Positions 19,909-30,227 of a DNA stretch of 64,000 nucleotides are shown here, in pieces. The DNA comes from Candidatus Omnitrophota bacterium (GTDB lineage Bacteria; Omnitrophota; Gorgyraeia; Zapsychrales; Fredricksoniimonadaceae): contig CAJARJ010000015.1 of assembly GCA_903944345.1 (NCBI GenBank), positions 6,433-70,432 on the forward strand. The letters are read 5' to 3'. Below the pieces are notes generated by a model, which was not told the origin of the DNA, made no database searches, and saw nothing but the letters and a program-made list of their open reading frames with translations. Both the position numbers and the translations under genes were made by a program. Every line of letters starts with the position of its first letter. Position 1 is the stretch's first letter.

Positions 19909-20127
19909 CTAAACCTCGTCAAGAACAATGACCGGACCGACACTCACAGGCGTTCCCGGAAGGAAACAGGAAACCACCTCGGCTTTGGTGCTGACCAGCT
20001 GGAACGCTTCCTTGTTACGGCCAGCCCTGATCAAGCTCAGGCATTTCTGCTGAGAGCTTTTTTGCCTGAGATCAACCAGTACGCGTACCCCTTGATGCCG
20101 CCCATTAAGCATCAGAATAATCCGCAT
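19909..20127 (-). CDS. Small hypothetical protein
   Basis: 72 aa with strong RBS AGGAGG. Confidence 0.65.
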   Translation of the reverse strand: MRIILMLNGRHQGVRVLVDLRQKSSQQKCLSLIRAGRNKEAFQLVSTKAEVVSCFLPGTPVSVGPVIVLDEV

Positions 20128-20424
20128 GCCACCTCCTGTTTAAAATAAATGGATGCGGAAAAGAATCCCCAGGCGCAGCATCCTCATCAATCTCAACCCC
20201 AATAATATGAATAACCCCTTCCATCACTTCTAACGACATATTATACCTTTCTTTGACATTCGTTGTCTATTTAGCCAAGAATGCCACAGATTATGATCTT
20301 TGTCAAGAATATGAAATAAGAACATCACAATCTGTAAATGACTCATAATTAAATACTTGTAACTCACAAATGCATTTTGTGTGATTATTTATTAATAAAT
20401 ATATAAAAAACATCTCATAATCAC

Positions 20425-20453
20425 TTGACTCGTGGGCTTTTTTTATTTATATT
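20425..20453 (+). promoter_or_regulatory. Sigma70 promoter of the XRE-cupin gene
   Basis: TTGACT-17 nt-TATATT, RBS AAGGAG. Confidence 0.55.
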
Positions 20454-20470
20454 CCTGAAAGGAGAACGCT

Positions 20471-21136
20471 ATGACTCTAGGAGAAAAAATACGCCATTTA
20501 ATCAAAACAAGCCGCTTTCGCAATATCAGCGCTTTTCACCGCGAGCTGGTCAATGTTTTCGAAGACAATGCCGTCAACCGCCGCACACTCTCCCAAATCA
20601 TTAACGGGCACGCGATTGCCCGCGAAAGAACCCTGAACCAGATCGCAATTATTCTGGGGATGAAAACCTCGGAACTGCGCAAGGGAACCAATGCGCAGAT
20701 TCTGGAACCAGCCGAAACCCTGGGCGCCTTCACCTATAACGAGCTTGCTGTCATGCAGGCTTTGCAAAACCACCTACCTTTTATGCCTTGCCGGCTAACC
20801 CTCAAAAAAGGCGGACGGACATCCGAGGAGCAGGATCGCCCTGAATCAAAGGAATCGGTCAAATGGTGTGCAATTATCAGCGGACGAGTTAATTTATATA
20901 TAGACGGAACAGTAGGGCGGGAAAAGAAAACATTCCGCAAAGGGGATTCGTTTTCATTCGACGCGCGGCAAAGACACTATTTTGAGAACGCCTCTCCGGC
21001 GACAACCAGGCTATACATCATTCACGCCCCGGCACATAACAGCGATTTTTTTATTACCCAGCCGCCGCTTCCCTTCAGGCCGGATTCAGCGGGCGATAAT
21101 CAAAACCACCCCGGCGCTCAAGCTCCCGCTCAATAA
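20471..21136 (+). CDS. XRE-family HTH regulator with cupin domain
   Basis: MTLGEKIR..RRTLSQIING..TLNQIAIILG; cupin KGDSFSFDARQRHYFEN. Confidence 0.85.
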   Translation: MTLGEKIRHLIKTSRFRNISAFHRELVNVFEDNAVNRRTLSQIINGHAIARERTLNQIAIILGMKTSELRKGTNAQILEPAETLGAFTYNELAVMQALQNHLPFMPCRLTLKKGGRTSEEQDRPESKESVKWCAIISGRVNLYIDGTVGREKKTFRKGDSFSFDARQRHYFENASPATTRLYIIHAPAHNSDFFITQPPLPFRPDSAGDNQNHPGAQAPAQ

Positions 21137-21473
21137 CCAGAAGCAAAGCCTTGAGGGAAACAGGCTTGGCCATATAAATACCGCCAAGGGACTCAACCTT
21201 GTGCGACAGAGCCGCCCCACCCAGCCCCGTAATCATGATTACAGTCGTCGCCGGAGCACTTTGGCGAAGATACTGCAAAATCGAAAAACCGTCAATTCCA
21301 GGCATATTCTGATCCAGCAGAATGACATGAAATTCTTCGCGTTCAAGCGCATCCAGAGCCTCCTTGCCGTCACGCATTTCAATTATTTCGCAGCGTAAAC
21401 GAGGCGTTAAGAAGGCCCTGAAATAGGCACGAACCGGCGCTTCATCGTCAACAACAAGAATACGAGGAATCAT
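21075..21473 (-). CDS. Single-domain response regulator
   Basis: VVDDE, LLDQNMPGIDG, ITG, AKP. Confidence 0.9.
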   Translation of the reverse strand: MIPRILVVDDEAPVRAYFRAFLTPRLRCEIIEMRDGKEALDALEREEFHVILLDQNMPGIDGFSILQYLRQSAPATTVIMITGLGGAALSHKVESLGGIYMAKPVSLKALLLVIERELERRGGFDYRPLNPA

Positions 21474-21859
21474 GATTGCCTGCTCGCCTTGCCAGCGGTA
21501 ATGTGCGCCATAGCCCCAATAAGGGCATCGCAGAATGCAGAAAACAAAAGCGGCTTTTTAAAGAAAAGGTCAATGTCGTCCTGCGCCAGCACAGTCAAGG
21601 CATCTTCCCGCCGGTCAATTGTACACATTACAATAAAAACATTGCGATCCAGCAGGCGAATTTGCTTGATCAGCTTTGCGCCAGACATGCCAGGCAAACG
21701 ATTGTCAACAACACAAATATCTGGGCGGAACGTCGGCCATGCCTGCAAGGCCTCTTCCGCGCTGACAGCGGAAACAACCTCGCAGCCGAAATGGGAGAAA
21801 TAACCGGACACCATATCGCTAAAAGCCCGCTCGTCGTCAACCACCAGCATCCTGATCAC
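21470..21859 (-). CDS. Single-domain response regulator
   Basis: VVDDE, VVDNRLPGMSG, KKP; GTG start overlapping the upstream stop. Confidence 0.85.
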   Translation of the reverse strand: MIRMLVVDDERAFSDMVSGYFSHFGCEVVSAVSAEEALQAWPTFRPDICVVDNRLPGMSGAKLIKQIRLLDRNVFIVMCTIDRREDALTVLAQDDIDLFFKKPLLFSAFCDALIGAMAHITAGKASRQS

Positions 21860-22323
21860 GCCGCACCCCGGGTCCAATGCCTGATACGATCCACACATTC
21901 GGCAATCATACGCAAATTCGCCGCCACCAGGGCTTTGGTCTCGGACGTTATGGACGTGCCGGATGAATCGGGGGCATCCGTCATCAATGCGATCTTGTAA
22001 AGGTCATTGCCAATATGATGCGCCAGAATATCCTTGACCAACGGGTCAAAATAAATGACCCCGCCCTCAAGATAGCTTGTTCCGGTAGAGGAACGCCTGA
22101 CCGAAGAAAAAAATTTCTGCGCTCCGGCTATGGCCACCATAATCGTCTGGGCATCTTTTGCGGATAGTGGAGCGGAAGGATCTGCTGCAACCAGGATTCT
22201 TATACGGGAAAAATGCGGATCTATGCCTCTATCCCAGGCATACCACACTTCCTTCGGGACATGCACACCACCCGCCACAAGCCTGTCCCATAAAGCCATA
22301 ATCGCCGGAGGACATTGTGCCAT
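21856..22323 (-). CDS. Hypothetical protein with H-box-like helical hairpin
   Basis: LAHHIGNDLYKIAL; translationally coupled within the receiver cluster. Confidence 0.65.
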   Translation of the reverse strand: MAQCPPAIMALWDRLVAGGVHVPKEVWYAWDRGIDPHFSRIRILVAADPSAPLSAKDAQTIMVAIAGAQKFFSSVRRSSTGTSYLEGGVIYFDPLVKDILAHHIGNDLYKIALMTDAPDSSGTSITSETKALVAANLRMIAECVDRIRHWTRGAA

Positions 22324-22324
22324 A

Positions 22325-22975
22325 TCAAATCCTGATCCCGGCTACAAAACTGTTAATCCGCGCATCCAGATGGGCGGGAAGAACAGGCTTAACCAGAATG
22401 GCGTCAGGGCCAAGTTCTTCAATCTTTCTTCTGCGCTCAGGATCGTCCTCGCAGGTCACAACAACACACTTTGTGTCCGGGGCCGTTCTTTTTAAATGCC
22501 TTAATACGTCCAACCCATCAACTGCTCCATGCAAATACATATCAAGAATCACAATATGCGGTGTCGCCTGACCTTCAATAGCATGAATCGCGGCCTCTCC
22601 GCTGCAAGTATGATCAACACAAAAACCTCGCTTGCGATAGAAGTCCTCGACCAGCAAACAAACTTCTTCTTCATCGTCAACCACCAGGATTCGGATGCGC
22701 GCATTATCCAGATGCACCTCCGAAACAATCTCCGCCAGATTGGAATCCGGATCTATCAACCGGTAAGTCAGCGACTTTAACCTGGCCATTTCACTGTCAA
22801 GTTCAAGCAAGGCATGTTCCGCCGCGGCACATCCGGCGGCAGCATCCTTGACAATCTGCTCATCAGCCTGCCCGGAAGCCATATCCAGAATATACTGCCT
22901 GGCCATCCCCACACCCATCAGGGCAATATTAACTTTATTGCCTATATCGTGATACTTGCTGCGCAAAGTTGGCAT
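22325..22975 (-). CDS. Response regulator with N-terminal DHp-like hairpin
   Basis: KYHDIGNKVNIAL + receiver (VVDDE, ILDM, VKP). Confidence 0.8.
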   Translation of the reverse strand: MPTLRSKYHDIGNKVNIALMGVGMARQYILDMASGQADEQIVKDAAAGCAAAEHALLELDSEMARLKSLTYRLIDPDSNLAEIVSEVHLDNARIRILVVDDEEEVCLLVEDFYRKRGFCVDHTCSGEAAIHAIEGQATPHIVILDMYLHGAVDGLDVLRHLKRTAPDTKCVVVTCEDDPERRRKIEELGPDAILVKPVLPAHLDARINSFVAGIRI

Positions 22976-23088
22976 GGTTATTTCCTGAAAGAATAATATT
23001 TTGGTTGACAGCTACTGCTGATTATATACAATAATGATCTGTTCTTTTCCCGCTTTTTAAAAAATTTCCTGAACCTCTCAATTTCTTT

Positions 23089-23161
23089 GCCGAGATAGCT
23101 CAGTTGGTAGAGCGAAGGACTGAAAATCCTTGCGTCCCCGGTTCAATTCCGGGTCTCGGCA
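23089..23161 (+). tRNA. tRNA-Phe (GAA)
   Basis: GCCGAGATAGCTCAGTTGGTAGAGCGAAGGA-CTGAAAA-TCCTTGCGTCCCCGGTTCAATTCCGGGTCTCGGCA. Confidence 0.96.
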
Positions 23162-23210
23162 TTTTTCTTTTTCCCGACGAGAAATCCGCGTTAAATAATT
23201 TCTGCATTCT

Positions 23211-23609
23211 TTATCTGTCCACCGCATTTATAATCTTGGCGTAAACATCCTGGGCCAGATCCACTTTAGGCATAAACGATTTTCTGGCCTTGACCGAAAG
23301 TTTGGTTGTTGTCGCATTGACTGACAGCAATGTGACCGTGACACGGGAACCGTTAATCAGCGCAACAATATATCCGGAACGCTCGTCTTCTTCCTGTACC
23401 GAACCCATAATACCGGTAATCTCTATGGCAGCATCCCATGCCTCGCTGAAAGCGTACGGAGTGGAACCAGCCACCGTATCCGGGCTGACCACATAACCGC
23501 CCACAGCACCAACCGCCAAAGCCCCGATGACAACCGGAGCACAGCCAGTCCCCAACAACAGAACACTCCCAAGCAACAATGAAAAAATACAGGAAAAAGA
23601 ACGGCGCAT
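23211..23609 (-). CDS. Lipoprotein, DUF3568-like
   Basis: Lipobox GTGC followed by a Gly/Ala-rich helix. Confidence 0.65.
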   Translation of the reverse strand: MRRSFSCIFSLLLGSVLLLGTGCAPVVIGALAVGAVGGYVVSPDTVAGSTPYAFSEAWDAAIEITGIMGSVQEEDERSGYIVALINGSRVTVTLLSVNATTTKLSVKARKSFMPKVDLAQDVYAKIINAVDR

Positions 23610-23633
23610 ATTTTGTCTCCCGCCTTGTGACTT

Positions 23634-23675
23634 AAAAAAAGAGGGCGTTCATCCTCTCCTGCGAAGAACGCCCTC
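23634..23675 (-). terminator. Intrinsic terminator after hppA
   Basis: GAGGGCGTTC/GAACGCCCTC stem + T7. Confidence 0.75.
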
Positions 23676-23699
23676 TCTCAAAGAACCAGTCTGGCAGAC

Positions 23700-26033
23700 T
23701 TACTTCAGATTAATCTGCAGAAAATTCTGGATTGCCGGTGAGAACTTGAGAACCACCGGAGTAAAAACGATAGAGACCATACTCATCAGCTTGATAAGAA
23801 TGTTCAAAGCCGGACCTGCCGTATCCTTGCAAGGGTCGCCTACAGTGTCACCAATAACAGCGGCGCCATGAACAGGATTTTTGCTGCCATCAGGCAACTT
23901 CTTGCCGCCATGATGCCCTTCTTCGATATACTTCTTGGCATTATCCCAGGCACCACCCGCATTGTTCAACATTGTGGCCAGAACAAAGCCACAGGCAGAC
24001 GCACCGGCCAAAAGTCCCATAACGCCAGGAACGCCAAAAACAAGACCAACCGCCACGGGAACAACAATCGCCATAAGAGAAGGCACGATCATTTCCTTCT
24101 GGGCACCAGCGGTAGAAATGGCCACACAACGAGCATAATCGGCTTTTTCTGTACCTGCCATGATCCCCGGCTTTTCTCTGAACTGACGACGAACCTCTTC
24201 GACCATGCGTCCTGCCGCACGACCAACGGCTTTCATGGCCATAGCACAGAAAACAAAAGACATCATGCACCCAATAAACATACCACACAGAAGCAACGGG
24301 TTCATGATATGCGCCTTGAACAAAGTCACAAGATCCAGCACCGAAATCTGACGGATCACATCAGGCATAAGCAAATCAGATCCAACCAGAATTGATCCTG
24401 TTTCTTTCGAAAGATTAAATAACCAGACCTTCACCTCTTCGAGATAGGCTGCAATCAGCGCCAGGGCGGTCAACGCAGCAGAACCAATGGCAAACCCTTT
24501 ACCGGTTGCGGCTGTGGTATTGCCCAACGCATCCAAAGCATCGGTACGCTTGCGAACTTCTTCCGGAAGACCAGCCATCTGGGCATTGCCGCCGGCATTA
24601 TCCGCAATCGGACCATAAGCATCTGTCGCCAGAGTCACACCAAGAGTCGAGAGCATTCCGACCGCTGCAAAGGAGATTCCATACAATCCCATCATAAAAT
24701 TGTTAAACCCGCCAGCAAAACCGAAAGCGAACATAATAGCACCAACAATAATGAGAACAGGATAAGCCGAAGAAAACATCCCTGTTGCCAAACCGTCAAT
24801 AATAACAGTGGCCGGACCCATCACAGCCTGATCGGCCAACTCTTTGGTCGGCTTATTAGCATTTGAAGTAAAATATTCGGTAGATTGTCCAATCAGGACT
24901 CCCGCTAAAAGACCAGCGCAAACTGATCCAAACAAGCCCCAAGTAATCAAGCCCATAGCAGCCATGATCCCGACTGCACCCAAGATTAAAGCTGAACTTC
25001 CCAGCGTTCCAGTTAAAAGGGCCATCAAAAGACCTTTCTGATCGGCCCCTTCCTTGCAACGCACCATTAACGTCCCCAGAATGGACATAAAGTTACCAAT
25101 ACCGGCAACCACCATGGGGGCAATGACCAGCATCATTCCTTTGTTCATGTCGTAATTTGAATCTGCCTGTGAAGCTGCCACTATAATAGAAGCCCCAATC
25201 GAAGCTGTCGCAAGAATGGCTCCGCAGAAAGACTCATAAAGATCCGCACCCATACCGGCTACGTCGCCAACATTGTCACCCACGTTATCGGCAATAGTTG
25301 CCGGGTTGCGGGGGTCATCTTCGGGTATGCCAGCCTCAACCTTACCCACCAGGTCAGCACCAACATCTGCAGCTTTGGTAAAAATACCACCGCCAACGCG
25401 GGCAAACAACGCCTGGGTTGAAGCGCCCATACCAAAAGTCAACATAGTCAATGTGATCTCGACCAGTTTCTCGTGCTGGGTGGTTCCGGCTTTGACCAAA
25501 GTCAGCCCAACAAAATTAAGCCCATTCATCATATTTTCCGGAGTAAAAAACACTTTATCCAGAAGAATGTACCACAAACAGATGTCCAGCAAACCAAAAC
25601 CGACAACCACCAGCCCCATCACCGCGCCAGAACGAAAAGCGACGGTAAGACCTTCATTCAGACTCTTTTGGGCCGCTTGGGCTGTCCGGTTAGATGCAGC
25701 CGTAGCGGTTTTCATGCCCAGAAAACCGCAAATACCAGAAAAGAACCCGCCGGTTAAAAACGCCACCGGGACGAAAGGATTCTGAATGCCATTAAGCGCC
25801 AACACAAAAAATAATACAGCCAACACAAAAAACACAATCCCGACCGTTTTATACTGCTTGAACAAATACGCCATAGCGCCTTCAGTGACATATCCGGCAA
25901 TCTCCTGCATCTTGGCAGAACCTTTATCGGCCGCAATTAACTGCTTATAATAGATGTAAGCAAAAATCAGCGCGGCGATACTTCCTGCCGGAGCGATCCA
26001 CCAGATTGCCGGCGTAAAATTGATAACTTCCAT
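23700..26033 (-). CDS. hppA: Membrane ion-translocating pyrophosphatase, K+-dependent, Na+,H+-type signature
   Basis: [36 protein letters not shown]. Confidence 0.96.
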   Translation of the reverse strand: MEVINFTPAIWWIAPAGSIAALIFAYIYYKQLIAADKGSAKMQEIAGYVTEGAMAYLFKQYKTVGIVFFVLAVLFFVLALNGIQNPFVPVAFLTGGFFSGICGFLGMKTATAASNRTAQAAQKSLNEGLTVAFRSGAVMGLVVVGFGLLDICLWYILLDKVFFTPENMMNGLNFVGLTLVKAGTTQHEKLVEITLTMLTFGMGASTQALFARVGGGIFTKAADVGADLVGKVEAGIPEDDPRNPATIADNVGDNVGDVAGMGADLYESFCGAILATASIGASIIVAASQADSNYDMNKGMMLVIAPMVVAGIGNFMSILGTLMVRCKEGADQKGLLMALLTGTLGSSALILGAVGIMAAMGLITWGLFGSVCAGLLAGVLIGQSTEYFTSNANKPTKELADQAVMGPATVIIDGLATGMFSSAYPVLIIVGAIMFAFGFAGGFNNFMMGLYGISFAAVGMLSTLGVTLATDAYGPIADNAGGNAQMAGLPEEVRKRTDALDALGNTTAATGKGFAIGSAALTALALIAAYLEEVKVWLFNLSKETGSILVGSDLLMPDVIRQISVLDLVTLFKAHIMNPLLLCGMFIGCMMSFVFCAMAMKAVGRAAGRMVEEVRRQFREKPGIMAGTEKADYARCVAISTAGAQKEMIVPSLMAIVVPVAVGLVFGVPGVMGLLAGASACGFVLATMLNNAGGAWDNAKKYIEEGHHGGKKLPDGSKNPVHGAAVIGDTVGDPCKDTAGPALNILIKLMSMVSIVFTPVVLKFSPAIQNFLQINLK

Positions 26034-26215
26034 GCCTTTCTCCTTGTCTTGTAATTACGTTTAAAGCCCTGTAAACCCTAAAAAGACGGATAGAAACAAG
26101 CGCCGCCCTGCAGCACATTACAGATTTTTGCTTTTTATCGGAAGATTCCAGATAAATCTGATTTTATAACTTGCCCATCTTTAAGCAAGAGAAAGTTTAC
26201 AAAACTTTACCGGCT

Positions 26216-27445
26216 TTATTGGGCCTCCGGCTGGAATGAAATCCCCAGACGAAGCAAATCTTCGTAAGCAAACCAAACCAGACCATCCACTCCCAAGCCC
26301 CGTAAATCCTGTGCGAGCCCCAGAATGTCCCCTGGCGCCTTGGCCAAGAACGCCCCCAGCCCCGCATAAATCTTTCCCCGCCCCCGGAATGACAGCCCGC
26401 CGCGAACCGCATCCAGCGCAAGGCGCCGGTCTTTTGAATAATTCATCAAAACAATATAATCAACCAGCCCTTTGTCCAGCCACAACGACCAGTCCTGATA
26501 CGCTACCGCATAGGCCCGCTCCTGAGCCGGAACCACCGCACAAGAAAGCAGCCAGTACGGACGTTTTACGTTGACCTGCCGGGATATTTTTTCGAGCAAC
26601 CCGGTTATCTGATCCCGCTTCCAATTATCCCACTGCAAATGAAAATCATCTTTAAACATATCCGTTTTAAGCGGATCTTTGCCCCCGGCCTGCACGAAAC
26701 GGCGGATACTGCCTTCGCCATAACCATAAGAAATCCCGTATGTGCTAAAACGGGAGTCGGGAATAAACGGCACCGGATACGGATAACGGATGTAATCCAG
26801 ATGAATACCGCTAAAGCCGGGATATTTTTCGGCAATCTCGTCCACCACTTTCAGGATCCACTGTGTCACCCGCTCTTCGCCAGGCTCCAAAAAGATCTGA
26901 TCATCCCGCAAATAATACTGATCGGATTTATCTACGCTCTCCGTCCGGATGGAACTGCGCCCCTGGCGGTCACGGGTCAAAACTTCAGTGCCATACTCCC
27001 GCAAAATCGGCGCTTTCTGGTTCTTGGCAAGACTCAAAACATTGACCCAGGCGTGTACCCTCAGTTCCTGCTGTGCAGCCCGGGCAAGCAAATAAGCAAC
27101 CGGATCTTCTCCAAAAGACGTCACCATAACATCGTAAACATTATCCCCGGTAAAGGCACTCTGATAGTAGGCAATCCCGGAACGATATATCTGCAGATAA
27201 ATATCTGTAATAGCGTTTTTACGACAATAGGCCAAAAGATCATCCGCCGCCTGTTTCGAATAAAGCACTCTGGATGAATCAAACACCGAGACCCACACCC
27301 CCATAGCCACAACAGGAACTGCGGGCTTGAGCGTTTGCACCGGAATCCCGGACACAACAGGCGCATGTTTCTGCACAAGCCTGAGTGCCAACACAAAAAT
27401 AAAAAGGGGAATAAACAAAAGAAAAAACAGCGTTTTTGGCTTCAT
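26216..27445 (-). CDS. Glycosyl hydrolase-like 10 (YddW/DigH family) protein
   Basis: GVWVS, VHAWVN, GIHLDYIRYP, YQDWSLWL, VDYIVLMNY; N-terminal TM from ATG 27445. Confidence 0.85.
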   Translation of the reverse strand: MKPKTLFFLLFIPLFIFVLALRLVQKHAPVVSGIPVQTLKPAVPVVAMGVWVSVFDSSRVLYSKQAADDLLAYCRKNAITDIYLQIYRSGIAYYQSAFTGDNVYDVMVTSFGEDPVAYLLARAAQQELRVHAWVNVLSLAKNQKAPILREYGTEVLTRDRQGRSSIRTESVDKSDQYYLRDDQIFLEPGEERVTQWILKVVDEIAEKYPGFSGIHLDYIRYPYPVPFIPDSRFSTYGISYGYGEGSIRRFVQAGGKDPLKTDMFKDDFHLQWDNWKRDQITGLLEKISRQVNVKRPYWLLSCAVVPAQERAYAVAYQDWSLWLDKGLVDYIVLMNYSKDRRLALDAVRGGLSFRGRGKIYAGLGAFLAKAPGDILGLAQDLRGLGVDGLVWFAYEDLLRLGISFQPEAQ

Positions 27446-27446
27446 A

Positions 27447-28142
27447 TTAACTGATCTGTTTCTGAGTGGGGAAACGGGCTTTTTGCCGGGCAGCAAACAA
27501 AGCACGCAGCTCGTCAAGAGAACGGACAAGAATGTCAGGTTTCTCGGCCCGGATCTGGGCCAGGGTGCAAGAGCCGGTTGGAACTGCCACAGTAATGACT
27601 CCGGCCTGACGTCCGCAAAGAATGTCAACTGTCATGTCTCCCACATAAACCGCTTCACTGGCAGGTATCCCGGCTCCTTTGAGAACACATCTTAAAATTT
27701 CAGGGTCGGGCTTGGGCACAGAAACCGAATCTCCGCCCCTGACTTCAGAAAAATAGCCCCTAATCCCCAGACTTTCAAGAATAATCAGACAGAATTCAGT
27801 CGGACGATTGGAAGCTACCGCCAGGCGGCACCCTTGCCGGTCAAGATAGGACAACAGCTCTCCGGCGCCGGGCAAAAGCCGGATATCCCGACGCAAGCGA
27901 CGATCATGATGCTCCCGGAATATGCGCAGAGCCTCATCCTTCTGTTGCGGATTAACAAAAGTTCCCACCAGCGTGTCCACGCCCCATCCAACAGAACGCT
28001 TGACCACAGTCAGGCTGCACGGCGGCAATCCGAAGTGTCCCAGCATATAATTGAGGCTGTCACGAATCGCAGGATACGCATCCACCAGTGTGCCGTCCAG
28101 ATCAAAGGCCACCAGACGAATGGTTTCAGGAAGCACTTGCAT
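27447..28142 (-). CDS. HAD hydrolase, phosphoglycolate phosphatase-like
   Basis: FDLDGTLVD, ASN, KPDP, YVGDMTVD. Confidence 0.9.
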   Translation of the reverse strand: MQVLPETIRLVAFDLDGTLVDAYPAIRDSLNYMLGHFGLPPCSLTVVKRSVGWGVDTLVGTFVNPQQKDEALRIFREHHDRRLRRDIRLLPGAGELLSYLDRQGCRLAVASNRPTEFCLIILESLGIRGYFSEVRGGDSVSVPKPDPEILRCVLKGAGIPASEAVYVGDMTVDILCGRQAGVITVAVPTGSCTLAQIRAEKPDILVRSLDELRALFAARQKARFPTQKQIS

Positions 28143-28755
28143 GCGAGCGCTCCGGCAACTGCGGATCTACAACTCCGCCGGAAACAATAATCTTGACCGC
28201 ATCTTCGACCGACACAGAAAGAATCCTCACACGGGCCCGGGGGAACATCATCACAAATCCCGTCAAGGGATTAGGAACCGTAGGTATCAATACATTCACC
28301 AGTTCATGACCAGCCTCTCTGCAAATCGCCTCGGAAGTCTTATTAGTCAAGAATCCTATGGTAAAGCAACCCGGACCAGGCCACTCCACCAGAACCACCT
28401 GCTGGGGCTTCCCGGAATCGTCTTCGCGAAAAATGAATTTGGCAATCTCCTTGAAGGCCGGATAAAGGCTGCTCATCACCGGAATTCTCATCATGAGGTC
28501 TTCTGTCAACCGGTGCAAAGAACGCCCGAAATAATTCGTGATCAGAAAACCGCAAAAAAGAATGATCGCCACCAGAAGCAGCAGCCCAAGCCCCCAGAAA
28601 TAAAAATCGTAATTTTCTATAAAAAACTTCCGCAGATGTTTGCCAAAAAGATTTTCAGAGAAATTTAGAATCCAGACACAAACATTGACCGTAAGGGCAA
28701 ACGGCAAAAATACCGCCAGACCGGAAAAGAAATATTTTTTTAGTGATCGAAACAT
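28126..28755 (-). CDS. DUF502 membrane protein
   Basis: FFSGLAVFLP, RIPV..LY..KEI, IPTVPNPLTGF, IIVSGG. Confidence 0.9.
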   Translation of the reverse strand: MFRSLKKYFFSGLAVFLPFALTVNVCVWILNFSENLFGKHLRKFFIENYDFYFWGLGLLLLVAIILFCGFLITNYFGRSLHRLTEDLMMRIPVMSSLYPAFKEIAKFIFREDDSGKPQQVVLVEWPGPGCFTIGFLTNKTSEAICREAGHELVNVLIPTVPNPLTGFVMMFPRARVRILSVSVEDAVKIIVSGGVVDPQLPERSHASAS

Positions 28756-28781
28756 ATTGCCCCCTCTTTAAACCACAAAGC

Positions 28782-28946
28782 CTATCTCTTGAGAAGGCTA
28801 AGAACGACTAGTCCGACAACGGCAAGTAGCGGTCCAATAACCCCGGAAAAAATAATCCGGACAAGAGTCCAGTCCCTGAGCGTCAAACACACTCCGAGAA
28901 TGACCATAAACAAACCCAACGCTCCCAGCAAGACCCGCTTAATCAT
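28782..28946 (-). CDS. 54-aa two-TM small membrane protein (below ORF-track cutoff)
   Basis: MIKRVLLGALGLFMVILGVCLTLRDWTLVRIIFSGVIGPLLAVVGLVVLSLLKR; start overlaps the upstream stop and the ORF fills the operon gap. Confidence 0.7.
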   Translation of the reverse strand: MIKRVLLGALGLFMVILGVCLTLRDWTLVRIIFSGVIGPLLAVVGLVVLSLLKR

Positions 28947-29850
28947 GTGCTCTTTCCCCCTGTTTCGGTACTGCTTTCCAGCGCCGATGCATCCACGACC
29001 ACTGATCCGGATAACGCCGAACCACCGTTTCGAGAACCGTAGTAAGCCGTTCCATAATTTGCGCCGGAGTCATATTCTCTCCCGGCGCCACGCAAGGCAT
29101 AAGGATCATACGAAAGCGCCTCTGTCCGTCGGGGACAGCATAGGCAAACAAGACCGGCGACTGGCCTCTCTGCGCAAAAATGCCTGTTCCCGGAGCCGTC
29201 GCGGCCGGACGGCCCAAAAAATCAACAAACAAACGTCCAGGGCCTCCATAATTCTGGTCGATTGGAGTAACCACAAGCTCGTTACGCTGCAACGCCTGCA
29301 AACACGCCGTAATGCACGTCCTGGGAGGAACGCTCAGAATGATATTCATTCCGCAAATGGACAAGGCCCGGTCAAAAAACCAACGAAAAATATCACTGCG
29401 CGGCGGTCGGGCCACAATATTAAGCGCATAACCGTAAACCGCCAGCCTGAGAAGCATCCAGACAAAAGGGCCAAAATGCGCCACAGCAATCACTGCACCT
29501 CGCCCCGGTTGCAACGCGGCGTCCAGATGCTCCCTGCCCTCGAGGCTAAAACGATGCTGCAAACGATCCGGGCGGCGATAATCAAAAAGAAAACCGGCCA
29601 GACCGACGAAAAGATGTCGAAAAGAATTCCGGATCAAGCGGGCTTTTTCCTGCGCGTCAAGCTTCCCTCCAAAAGCGATATCAAGGCTTTCGGCGGAGAT
29701 TTTTGCCAGACGACGGGAAAAGATATAAAAAAACAATACTTCCACAACATGAACCAGACTGAAAAACAAGACCTCGGGCAGACAGCGCAGAAAGGCCAGA
29801 AGAAAACGAAATAACAGTATCCCTGTCGAATTAAGCAACCGAACGAACAC
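28939..29850 (-). CDS. Lipid A lauroyl/lysophospholipid acyltransferase (LpxL/HtrB family)
   Basis: AHFGPF, DQ, FVDFLGRPA, YPDQWSWMHRRWK. Confidence 0.88.
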   Translation of the reverse strand: MFVRLLNSTGILLFRFLLAFLRCLPEVLFFSLVHVVEVLFFYIFSRRLAKISAESLDIAFGGKLDAQEKARLIRNSFRHLFVGLAGFLFDYRRPDRLQHRFSLEGREHLDAALQPGRGAVIAVAHFGPFVWMLLRLAVYGYALNIVARPPRSDIFRWFFDRALSICGMNIILSVPPRTCITACLQALQRNELVVTPIDQNYGGPGRLFVDFLGRPAATAPGTGIFAQRGQSPVLFAYAVPDGQRRFRMILMPCVAPGENMTPAQIMERLTTVLETVVRRYPDQWSWMHRRWKAVPKQGERAHD

Positions 29851-30227
29851 TAGCCCCCACCCAGAATTTTTTTAATTTCCCGCAAAAGAGCCATGGAATT
29901 GATCGGTTTGTTCACATGGGAAATTGCTCCGAGTGACAACTCGGCCTCAATATCATCATCCGAATCTTTCGCCGTAAGAAACATGACCGGGATATTCGCC
30001 GAAGACTCCATAGCCTTCAAACGACGACAAACTTCCCTCCCCTTGATCGTAGGCAAAATCACATCCAGAATAACCATATCGGGCTTTTCATTAATAACTT
30101 TCTCTATGCCTTCTTCCCCGGTGTAGGCAGAAATGACATCAATGCCATGCGTCGCGAACACCGAACGCAACATCATGTGCAAAACTCTCTCGTCGTCGAT
30201 AAGCAAAATCTTTTTATTAACGGACAT
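29850..30227 (-). CDS. Single-domain response regulator
   Basis: LIDDE, ILDVILP, FLTAK, NKP; start MSVNKK. Confidence 0.88.
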   Translation of the reverse strand: MSVNKKILLIDDERVLHMMLRSVFATHGIDVISAYTGEEGIEKVINEKPDMVILDVILPTIKGREVCRRLKAMESSANIPVMFLTAKDSDDDIEAELSLGAISHVNKPINSMALLREIKKILGGG

